Assembly: GCA_003344405.1 (NCBI GenBank)
Contig: NOWV01000210.1
Coordinates: 62,001-126,000, forward strand
DNA: 64,000 nucleotides
DNA from: Trichoplax sp. H2
Taxonomy: Eukaryota
Reading direction: 5' to 3'
The notes under the pieces were generated by a model, which was given only the letters and a program-made list of their open reading frames with translations, was not told the DNA's origin and searched no databases. Below, in pieces: positions 53,079 through 64,000 of the stretch. Each line of letters begins with the position of its first letter. Within the stretch, counting starts at the first letter, position 1. The translations under genes and the position numbers were made by a program.

Positions 53079-56000
53079 TTTAAGGTTTGCAATTAGACTA
53101 AAACTTTCTCGAAAATATTTCTTTTTTCCTTATTTCTTACGTTTATGGTGACCGTTTGATTACGAAATCTCTTTGGGTAATCAGATCGCGGGAGTTCGGG
53201 AACTGAAACCAAATATCTGTATGGGTAATTATAATATTGCTTCTTTTAGAGTATTGACGTATATGAAATAATTTTATTGGCTAATGTTAAGTAATTATTT
53301 ATAACCAAATGTTGATAGTTAATTAGCAATAGTGTCAATACATCCTGAGATAGTTCATGATCATTAATATCATGAATTTTTAATTATAGTGAATACAAAT
53401 TTGACCCAGCAAATCTAGTTTAATGATAAATAGGAAATTACTCTCTGTATTTTTTGGCTAAGATAGCGATTACGAATTGTAGGATAACTCATAGAAATAG
53501 CCTATTTACAAATATTCGCTTGTAAGTAATTCATAGATTCATGCTAACCACTAATATATTTGTAGGGGGAGTAAATAGATTCTACTGAAGTAAGTAAAAA
53601 CGAACATTCTGACATTTTGCAGTATTAATATTTATCATAATGAGTAAAGATTCAATTTCATCAATAACAGAGAAAGCCGGTATCTAACATGTGTTCATTT
53701 AACCGATTTTCGGTAAGATCAAGGCTATCAGTTAGCGCAATATATTCTTTAAAGCATTGAATTGAATGAAAAAGGAATTTTAATTATTTACGTAATTCAT
53801 TACAATAATTCAAATTGCTATGCTATCAATGTAGTTGCTGTGGATTCCAATCATTCATATCCAAATTTCCACGTAACTGAGCGCAGAATATCATCATTGT
53901 ACAAGTTTCCTACGCATCGGTGCATTCATTGTGAATTACTTAAAGATTAATAGTACTATAAATCGTTTGAATGGCCGTATTTGTGATGAGACCTGAAGTA
54001 AAGCTAAAAGCTGTAATGTACAGGATGCACAGCTGTCTAGAATAAACTTAAAACACTAAATGTTATTAAAGTAGACGAAACAGTAAATATACATTTACTA
54101 GGTCATTTTTCATCTTACTTAGCCACGAATCAGGATAAAATGCTATAAGAAACGCTAATAGGCTTCTGATAATGGATTATAAATTGAATCTAGCCGATCG
54201 ATATAATGACATTTACTATAATAAACTACAGTATGTAAATTTGCATGAATCGCACTAGAAGTTGAAGAAATATTAAAAAGGCTGATCACGTAGACTATAC
54301 GTATAAATGGAATGGCCGACGTGATTAGGTTATGATTAATTATTGATTAAATCTATGAATTAGACATAGAACAATGCTAGCAGAAAAATGAGTAAATCGC
54401 TTACGACATGGCGAAAACTTCAGCTTACGTTCAAAAGTGAATACTACACTTTTATCCGGTATGATAGTCAACGACCCTTGGCTCAGTTTGATAATAATTA
54501 ATTATTTTACGCGGTAAGAATTTATAACATATGCCTTATAAACACGATCATTTTGTCAATATTTTTGCCTGATAGAAACAGGTAATTAGGATTTATTGAA
54601 ATTGTTATCTAGAGTTGGGTTGAAAGAAAATTTTGTACCTAGAGCATTTTCGCGACATTATATTAAAGGAAATCTTAATCTAAAATTGAAATCTATATAC
54701 ATTGATTAAACTAGTTTAAAATGAAATGTTCAATGTATATATCCATTTTAAAAATAATCCGTTTCTGAACATCACAACAGGTCAGAAAGGACATGCAACC
54801 AGCTAAAAAGCAGGAATATACGGTAATTACAATGAGCATAAATTATAGATAGTGGTATGATTTATAATTGATATGAACCCTATTATTTTGTTTCTTCGGT
54901 CGTAATACCTATTAAAGCATTATTAGGGAAGATTTCGGTTTACGCATTAACAGCAATAAATTTTTTATCATCATTTAATAATGGAACAAAATAGAGTAGT
55001 ATCTTATTGTATACTACGGGTAATAGCTTTAAAAATTTTCTCATCATCAATTAATGATCTAATAGCATAAAATGTGAGATTGTAAATTAATCGGCAAATA
55101 CAATATGTTAAAAGAAAATAGGAGGGAAATGATTTTAACCGTATTTATGAAATAAGTATAATCGTATTTAAAATTGATTAAGTGGCTATAGATATGACGT
55201 AAATATATAATTATCATGAAATGGCAATTATCTAGTTGAGGAAATGATTTTGTGACGATATCAATTAATAGAATTAACCATCAAATCGCTATAATATTGA
55301 ATATTTACTAATATCGTTAATCGTATTAATGAATGTCCACCTAGTGTAGCATTTTAAAGTCTAACCTACCAATTGTATTATTTGCCGTTAACGTTACGAC
55401 CGTTATGAAACCATTTGAACAGTATGATGCCACGAACTAAGTTAGACACCCTTCTAAACACCCAAAGCAATCTTATTTATCCAAATCTAGATATTACTTT
55501 TAAAAATCTAACCAATTCCTTACGTAAAATTGTTATAATTATTACATCCAGATGATCGTATTAAAGTAAAAGCGCTTTTCTAAATTACTCTCATGAAAAT
55601 AAGATATATAAATTTATCTCTTACAGTTTCAAGTAATTGGACAATAAATTTACACAGTGCAAACAGTCTTTCAAATAGACATTACTAATGGCTTTACAGT
55701 TAAAAATAAAATGTTCAACCAGATTGAGGCATAGTCAATATCTAAGCAGTAATGCGATGAAGCATTATGGGATCTTTTGCATCTAGCATTTTAGTTCATG
55801 AAATCGTCTGTTATTAACAAGATTCGTCATCATTTTATATTATAAAATTGTAGATCCGTATACATATATATTGGTATGAAGTAGGAATAACATGCAAGCC
55901 ATAACTTGAGGTAGTAGAACATTTTGCTCAAAACTTTCTTTTGATCATTTCATTTGTTTACAAGATTTATTCATACATGCTAACATTAACACCAGCTGTA

Positions 56001-58244
56001 GCGATTTGTATTTTTTTCCTTTCTCAAGAATCATATCTTAAATCAAATACCAATAGTAGGAGAACTATACGGATACAATATAAAAGTCTTCTGCTCTGAT
56101 TGAATTCAACAATATTGAGTATTAACTTACAGTTTTATTTCTTCCATAAACTATATTAAGATAATTATAATAATAAATGATCATAAATGCAATTGCTGAC
56201 GCTTTTTCTTATTGTGATGATTACAGTAAGACCAATTAATAAATCCATCAAACGGTTACAGTATGTTTATATAGTTCGTTATCTCGATTAAGTGTAAATT
56301 AAAAAGAAATGCGATTATGAGTATCGTAATGGAATAACTATATATTCGTGTCAACCCTGATTGCGGAGATTGGGCTTCGCTAACAGTTTCATCATAGTAT
56401 GACTTCCAATTTAGTCTTATTTATTAACTTATTATATTGGCTGCCATTTAACTTTGTCGTATCTTCTTCCGTGTTATTAAAGATAGTAAAGAATAGCAAT
56501 ACAGTTGTTGTAAGATTAATAGTATGGTATGCAGACACTAACACAGCATGGTTCAACATTTGACCTTGTTGTTAAGGCGATTTAGATGCATCAAAATTTA
56601 TCAGCTAAATTAAAATACTTTTGTATTTTTTCTCAATGCTTATGTCACACATTATGGCCGATACATTGCCCATTTTGCAAAGCATCAATTCTATTCCTGC
56701 AGTAATATTATGACATGATAATTCTAAAATCGCTTTCCGTTATTGATATCTTTTACGTCTTGTCTTCTTTGTCAGGTTATCTACCAGTACATATAGAAAT
56801 ACTCGCCTACGTATGTATTCTTGCACTGGTTGGTGCACACTAATTATTGCAGATTTTCGCATTGAATATGAGCAATATTTTATTCATTAGCATTTGTAGC
56901 TGTTCATCCTAAACATAAAGTGTTGTGCAAACAAAGCATGAAGAACAAGTATAAATACTGCTACCCCTTAGCACAACTTCAAAAAGTAATTGAACATAAA
57001 TAAAATCAATACAGCTGTCAGATTTAATTTAGGAGCAAATGATAAGACAAATTCCAACAACGTTGACCGTCAGTTCCGAGAAATAGGAATTATAAGCTCA
57101 CTATCACTATTACGAAGGAGATCTACTATACAATCTTTATTCTACTACACAAGTAGATGAAGTATAGATTAATAATTGCTCGTTCAGCCCTCCCTTCGAG
57201 ATATGCATTACAGCAGTTTAGAATCAATATTTCCCTTAGAAATTTCATCTATAACATTTTTTCTAGTGTTTTTAACGATTATTCTATAAATAGATACCCC
57301 CGCAAAAAAAGGTTAAAGGAAAATGGTATCTGCGTACAATAAGATATCGCCCATGTTGACTGACAGATATTGTTCGTTACAGCGAGTGCGGATATATGGC
57401 AAAGTGGATAAAAGTAGGATATAGGGTGCTTGAAATAAAAGTAATGTGGTGATTGTAAAAATCTTCTCGTAGATAAAAGATAAATTCAATCTTCCTGAAG
57501 AATTGGACTAAATTATTGCATATGGAAGGTCAGTTATAGTACTCTCCTACATTCTTTCACATTGTAAAGTAAGTTACAATTTCAAAAGTTTCATCCATTA
57601 ATTGTGTCCCCATATTGTTGGGCTTGCGTTCAATCAGCCATATATTAAAGGAGAAACGTCTACAACCTTTCTTGATATTATAGATATACGGGCAATATGG
57701 GATACAATACAGTACAAGATATGAATGAAACCATGATGGACTGGGAATGACACGTGCACTATTCGAATATACGAGAATAATGTCCAAAAGAATAGCTATC
57801 CAATCGCTGAAGTATCGTATTGCAGGTTATTCTTAGATAGGATTATCATCACCTAATATATACTAGATTCCTATCTACTGCAATATTGAACTAATTGTAA
57901 TAGAGGGCGAATATAGTCTTTCTAAAAGTCAGATTGCGTAAAATTGTACGGATATCGATGAATTCCGCGTGAGACTGTATAACGGGAAATATGACCCAGC
58001 TCACTGCGGTCATTGTACAGTACTAGTCTAGAAATAGTCGTTGATAGTGTTGAAACGAACCTTACTTAGATAACAAAGTGAAGATGACAAGAAACTGTAG
58101 CTGTTGTTTTATTTTTGACAGCTACTTATCGCACCAAGTCAATAGGAAGTGCGATAATTTGAATGTCTTGGAACAGAAAGCAAAATGAATCCATAATTTG
58201 TTCCTTGCTCATCCTATTTTGCTGTTGCTGTCTATCAGATGGTC

Positions 58245-58460
58245 AACTACTGTACCTAGTGTACTGTACAGTACTACAGTATAGCCATGTACGTACGGAC
58301 AGCCTGACGCACAGTACTGTACTGTACTGTACAGTGTACAGTATGGCTGCAAATCCTTCACGTGAATCCTTTTACACTACACTACTGTACTGTACACTGT
58401 ACAGTATGGTACGGTACAGTGTACAGTATATTAACTGTGTGTACTGTACACTGTACAGTA
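58245..58460. repeat. TACAGT/ACTGTA array immediately upstream of the SelH start
   Basis: Dense actgtactgtacagtgtacagt units ending ~95 bp before the ATG at 58555. Confidence 0.85.
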
Positions 58461-58554
58461 GCGACGATATTGATGAATATCAGCAAAGCAAATGAGAGCA
58501 CAAGAGCTGCTCGTTTGCAAACCTTTGCAAATTGGTTAGGGCTAGACTACCAAG

Positions 58555-59907
58555 ATGGCACCACGAGGGAAAAAAGGCAAAAATTCAGCCCTTCGCAAAG
58601 CAACTAATGGTGGTAGTACTACCAAGAAACTTAAAGCCAAGAGAGCAAAAGCTCAAGCTGTGCGAAAATTTGTTATTGAAAGAAGGTACGTACGTAAAGG
58701 ATGAGATCGCTGATGCGCTATCTCTGCAATCTCGCTATGCTAGTCATGATTGAATGAAAGTCAACTGGCTGGAATATAGGCGAGTAATAGTAATGTTTAT
58801 GTTAAATACCTCCAATAACTAGCACGGCTAGATAGAAATGATAAGCAAAATTGAATTTTACACCAGTTGCAAGGAGCTAAAGCTCCGTCATTAAACTACA
58901 GTACGTACTGCACTAGCTGTGATAAATTTTAGTTAAAAGATTAGCCGACGCAATAATGAATCAGCTCACTAAATCGTAATTGTTAGTTGCCCAGGTCATT
59001 TTACTACAATGCGATAGGATCCCAATACTTGATCCAGGTACAATGATTATACCTGCAACGCAGATATGCTTTTTCTCAGACTATGGTATTAGATCATACA
59101 TCGGCTGCACAATGTACATACTGTATGATCGTATATACTAGATTTATTGACAGCTTACCATGAACTGGATTTCGTGCATGTATTTCATTGACTGTGCTGA
59201 TACGAGTATTCTTATTAACTCTAAAATTCAATTTCTACTATGAATGGACTTTGTAAGTGTTGTATCTATACTAACGTCGCCAATCTACTATCACAATAAT
59301 TGAAATAGACCACTATCGCTAGCAATGAAGGCAGGCCAAATACATATTTTGCTATCAATCTCAGCGAAATCGAGCCTGTTGATACTATACGAGTATATAT
59401 GTATATGTTATATATATGTGGGTAGCAAGAGATTTTAGTGCTCTTTGCTATGGCCAAAGCTTACAGCTGCTCTATCGATTTCCATTAGTATGACTTGACG
59501 TATATATAGGCGTAAAGCTGAAGAACTTACGCAAGCGTTGCAAGAAACATTTCCCAACGTAGAAGTAAGTATTAACCCTGAGAAAGCTCGGCCTGCAAGT
59601 TTCGAATGTCAAATGGTGACTGAGGAAGGCAACGGTATGTAGAGCTGAAGTTCTTGATGTTTCGACTACAACGATTAGTTGATTTGCAGATTCTTTACTA
59701 CCCAAATTAAGATCTTGTATCAGCTATATTATGACCCTTTGTATCGAACATCGTACATCTTGTTCCTTTTACTTTTTAATTGACAAATCTAATTTTATGC
59801 TCGTGCGTATATTAGAGATTCTGTTGTGGACTGGCATTAAACGATTAAAGAAAGTCAAGTTTCCTGAACCCAAAGAAGTAATTGATGCTGCCAAAACGGC
59901 TTTGTAA
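58555..59907 (+). CDS. SELENOH: Selenoprotein H (Rdx/thioredoxin-like fold), 122 aa, Sec encoded by TGA 59496-59498. Exons 58555-58685, 59489-59634, 59816-59907.
   Basis: The translation is MAPRGKKGKNSALRKATNGGSTTKKLKAKRAKAQAVRKFVIERSMTURIYRRKAEELTQALQETFPNVEVSINPEKARPASFECQMVTEEGNEILLWTGIKRLKKVKFPEPKEVIDAAKTAL. It has the SelH hallmarks MAPRG-K/R, VIE.....U-R.Y, NP....SFE, LWTGIK and KFPEP.EV, and a SECIS lies downstream. Confidence 0.93.
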
Positions 59908-60097
59908 TCTAAGCATTGCCAATTAGTTTATTCTCAATTTTTCGAGTAAATAATAGTAATGTTAACTTTATCCGCTAGTAATTGTTATTTAAGATCTGTA
60001 ATTATGATGTGTAGCCAAACTCGATTATCAATAACTTGCTCAATTTACTGTTTTTGCATAAGCTCAAATGGCTATTCTATCGTACGGCGCGTCCATT

Positions 60098-60179
60098 CAG
60101 CGAGTGTAGTTCCATGACAATGATTGGTGAAACGGATTTTAGTCTGTCCATGATTTTGATACATAAACTGTGTTCACTG
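60098..60179 (+). promoter_or_regulatory. SECIS element (type II) in the SelH 3' UTR
   Basis: ATGA (60114-60117) is followed by 12 nt, then AAA (60130-60132), an apical ministem CGGAT/GTCTG, and TGAT (60157-60160). The lower helix CAGCGAGTGTAGTT pairs with AACTGTGTTCACTG at 13 of 14 positions including G-U. Confidence 0.88.
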
Positions 60180-60182
60180 AGT

Positions 60183-60188
60183 AATAAA
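60183..60188 (+). promoter_or_regulatory. Probable polyadenylation signal of SelH
   Basis: AATAAA lies immediately 3' of the SECIS. Confidence 0.6.
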
Positions 60189-60374
60189 AAGTGCCATGTA
60201 TACATCTATTATATCCTTATATTAGCCGAACGTGTACCCTACTGTATGTACTTACAAACTCATTTCTAACATATACGTACTTATGCAGATATGTTAAAAC
60301 GTGATAAATTTGATGGTAATCACGAATATATTACTATAGGTATATTACAGTAAGACAAAACCGTGCATTAATAG

Positions 60375-61584
60375 AATCCATTACAAAAGGAGATTGGATC
60401 GTCGGCAATAGCAAATCTAGAAATTTAATATTGGCATCATAACACGATAAAATCAAGTTGGTTGCCATTACGGTACAAAAGTAAGATAGGTTTGAGTAAA
60501 AGTATAGGAATAGCTGAAATAGCACAGGAATGCATGATGTAGTGAAATTTTCGCTGCAAATTTATGATTGTATTGTATAACATGCATAACTGAAATATTG
60601 TACTCTTGGTAACATCTACAACTGATTCAATTACTTTACACGATACTAATGACAAAAACGATTCTAATTACTTACTTATTCATAGTTGATACAGCTTAAA
60701 ACAGAAGTTTATTAGTGTATGAGTGTAGTTTTGTATTTATTATTGTTTCTTACTAATCTACTAGTAATATTTTTTTATGACACTAGCACGATTGTAATTT
60801 AAAAAACTCTTCCAAGTTAAAAATTTGTCATAAATCGTTTCTAGACCCTAACTTGTAAAAATAATCTCTTTGCTACCCTTTAATACACTGAGGGCATGCA
60901 TGGGCCAGCAAGTAGCGAAATCTGAAAATCTAACTATGGTACTGCTAATTACTGAAGGTACTCCGACTAAAGCACTATGGTACACTTACGATTCGATTTC
61001 TTCACTTAGTTGNNNNNNNNNNNNNNNNNNNNAATCCATTACAAAAGGAGATTGGATCGTCGGTAATAGCAAATCTAGAAATTTAATATTGGCATCATAA
61101 CACGATAAAATCAAGTTGGTTGCCATTACGGTACAAAAGTAAGATAGGTTTGAGTAAAAGTATAGGAATAGCTGAAATAGCACAGGAATGCATGATGTAG
61201 TGAAATTTTCGCTGCAAATTTATGATTGTATTGTATAACATGCATAACTATTCAGAGTTGATACAGCTTAAAACAGAAGTTTATTAGTGTATGAGTGTAG
61301 TTTTGTATTTATTATTGTTTCTTACTAATCTACTAGTAATATTTTTTTATGACACTAGCACGATTGTAATTTAAAAAACTCTTCCAAGTTAAAAATTTGT
61401 CATAAATCGTTTCTAGACCCTAACTTGTAAAAATAATCTCTTTGCTACCCTTTAATACACTGAGGGCATGCATGGGCCAGCAAGTAGCGAAATCTGAAAA
61501 TCTAACTATGGTACTGCTAATTACTGAAGGTACTCCGACTAAAGCACTATGGTACACTTACGATTCGATTTCTTCACTTAGTTG
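60375..61584. repeat. Segment duplicated across an N gap (60375-61012 vs 61033-61584)
   Basis: The copies match directly apart from a SNP (cggcaat/cggtaat) and an ~86-bp indel. They flank the gap at 61013-61032. Confidence 0.9.
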
Positions 61585-62130
61585 CAGTAATCAACTGCTA
61601 TAGAATATCAATTATAATTACAGCGAGTATCATCTTACACGTATGCTATTTCTGCTACTTGGTTCTCTCAAACTTACTAAAGCTACACTGAGGCTAACAA
61701 CTACAATTTCGGTGATATGCTAACTAAGCAGCTTCAGTATAACAAATATAAAATCATAACACTCTTGATTTCGTTTTTATAATCAGCTGTATAAATTCAT
61801 TTGTAACCATCTTCTTGACGTACTCGCTAGAAGAAAACTTTCCTACAATAGTATATCATAACTCGAGAATTCTCTAATATTTATTGCATTCGGCTTTGAT
61901 CATAGTTTCGTTTACATTTATTTAACAGAACTCTACATGCAGTTTAAAAATTGCTTTCTTAAGATTCATTAAAAGAATTAAATTGAAAAAGTTTAAAATT
62001 TAGAACGATCGTCGCACTACAAATAAACGTTGCGATAACTAGCAATGAATTATTCTTGTACTAGTGCAATAATATCCTCATAGTTGACACCTATTCAATA
62101 ATCACTTGGAGGTGTAATGTTGTTATTGCT

Positions 62131-63927
62131 TTACGCATCAGAGAAGTAGAATTTTTTAGAAAGAGAACTTTCAAACAATGGTTGCTGCATATAAGACTTG
62201 CTTTCTTCGTTAATTACATAATTTTGTAGCCTACGGTTTACATTAGTTAGCATATCCAATAAATCGAAACTTTTATAATTCGATTCCAGTTCTCTTACTA
62301 ATTCCTGAATGAACCACGATCCATTTTCTGGATCCCTTAAGGACTGAAAATTCTGTACGGTAGAGTAAGCCATTAGAAAATCACTGTAGGGATGCCTCAA
62401 ATTACCAGGTTTATCGGAATTACTGATATTATCCGTCGCATATAAAGTGCCTGAAGGATTTGGAACGGGGACACCTTCACCCTGATCGTCACCACGGCAA
62501 GCCTACAGTAGACCCGAAAAATATAAATAATTAAATAATAGATAATTAAGATATCAAATATGATACTATATCTCGCTCTTTAGATCTGTTCAATTTCTAT
62601 AGATAATTTGAAGAGAACAGTACCCTTAATTACAACATGAAGGTAAACTAGAAATTATATGTAAATCATTCACAGTAAGTACGGCATTGAAAAAATAAAT
62701 AATTTCCAATTTCCACGATTACTTTCCATGCCGGTATATGTACGGGCACGTTAAATTCATCTGTCAAAAATAGATGCACCTGTGTAATAAAAATCTTTGG
62801 CTTTCCCACCAATGACGGGCATTTATGGCCGGAAAATTGATCATATACATCTTGTAGATAAATTTCACCGCTGTCTTTCGCAATTATACAATCTACAACA
62901 TCTTTTTTGTCGTTCTTGTCAGTTATAAGTTTTCTGTTACCATGGCTAAGAAAAACGCAGATAAAGCTATCGTAGTTGACGTGTGCACCAGTAGCAGAAT
63001 ACTCTTGGATTTTCTGTTCAATTTCTGCCTTACTTAAACTGTCCCAAATTTTAGGCGCGTAATTGAATTTAGAAAAGATCTTCTCTAATGCTAGTGCATC
63101 TTTCCAACTACCCTCTCTTGGTTTGCTGTTCGTGTAATTTCTAAGCAATTTAAATGAATGTTGAAAGAATTGAATAAAAAATTTAATAGCAGTGTAAATT
63201 GATGCCTTTTATTGAAATAATTGATTGTTTACAAATTAGACTAATTATTTTTCCAATAGACTAACCTGTGCAATTCAAATGGTTACATAGAAAATTTACT
63301 GAAGAAATATACTGCATACTAAATGCTAATACAGTAATATCAGAATAACAGCTCAGTTATTTGATCGAATTTGTCTCTAACTCATTATCATTATTCTACG
63401 AAGTAAAAGTTGATCTAGAACTAGACTTGAGTACTCTGCAATGAGTTGGTAATAACTAACGTGCTGTATATAAGCGCTAAAGATTACAGAGATATTTAAA
63501 TGACTAAACATACCCCTACTAGGACAGCAGAATATGCTATAATAGCCAAATAACACTAACTGCTGATATTATAATCAGCAAAAGAGTAGTTACAAGTGAC
63601 TAAAATTAATATATAATTCACAATGAGAAACAAAAATATGTGTACTTTAAATAAAGTTGAAGAAAGTTGTATTCATAATAAGCATACAAGTATCTACTTT
63701 CGCCGCTTAGATTATCTCAACATAATAATAAAATTACTTTTATTTTTACCCACATTTCGCGACAGAGAATAAATCGATTTCAAATAATTTACTTATTTTT
63801 AATCATACATAACGTACTCACACTTGGTTAAATATCACAGCAATTCCATGAGGTTTTTTATTCATTAAATAACAAGGCATCTTCGTCAACTTTTGAGGAC
63901 TTGTTGCAGGACCGCTCAAACAATTGC
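62131..63927 (-). CDS. Caspase catalytic domain (peptidase C14), 5' end outside the window. Exons 63927-63822, 63140-62780, 62502-62131.
   Basis: The translation contains YLMNKKPHGIAVIFNQ, REGSWKD, CVFLSHG (catalytic His), CPSLVGKPKIFITQ|ACRG (catalytic Cys), SDFLMAYST..SLRDPENGSWFIQEL and QQPLFESSLSKKFYF. Confidence 0.93.
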
Positions 63928-64000
63928 CTAGAATTTTGATCAGACGAAAGTATATACTAATTTACGCAAACATGTCGGTAGGAATTAAAATAAAGAATAT

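Noticed and set aside
58532..58753. 73-aa ORF overlapping SelH exon 1
   Set aside because: Wrong frame. The SelH frame starting at ATG 58555 explains the region.
59472..59705. 77-aa minus-strand ORF
   Set aside because: Antisense shadow of SelH exon 2.

Overview
AT-rich, gene-dense eukaryotic (animal) genomic DNA with many short GT-AG introns and three 20-N scaffold gaps. Composition and gene style suggest a placozoan such as Trichoplax; this is an inference, not a database result. Eight protein-coding genes can be rebuilt by hand: a SelJ/J1-crystallin (ADP-ribosylglycohydrolase-fold) gene, a GRAF-type BAR-PH-RhoGAP-SH3 gene, a two-PDZ STXBP4/Synip gene, an MFSD8-like transporter head-to-head with an SLC18B1 transporter, an intronless class A GPCR, a selenoprotein H gene, and the 3' part of a caspase. 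The main finding is the selenoprotein H gene (58555-59907), which the ORF track misses. It has an in-frame TGA (Sec), a well-formed SECIS in its 3' UTR, and SxxU in place of the canonical CxxU redox motif. The SECIS also has a second GA-quartet-like motif inside helix II. Other notable items: the SelJ homolog has Ser at the Sec position, TACAGT/ACTGTA arrays recur upstream of gene starts, there is a perfect 22-bp inverted repeat, the GPCR lacks the sodium-pocket residues, there is a GC-AG intron, and there are several minisatellites and gap-flanking duplications.
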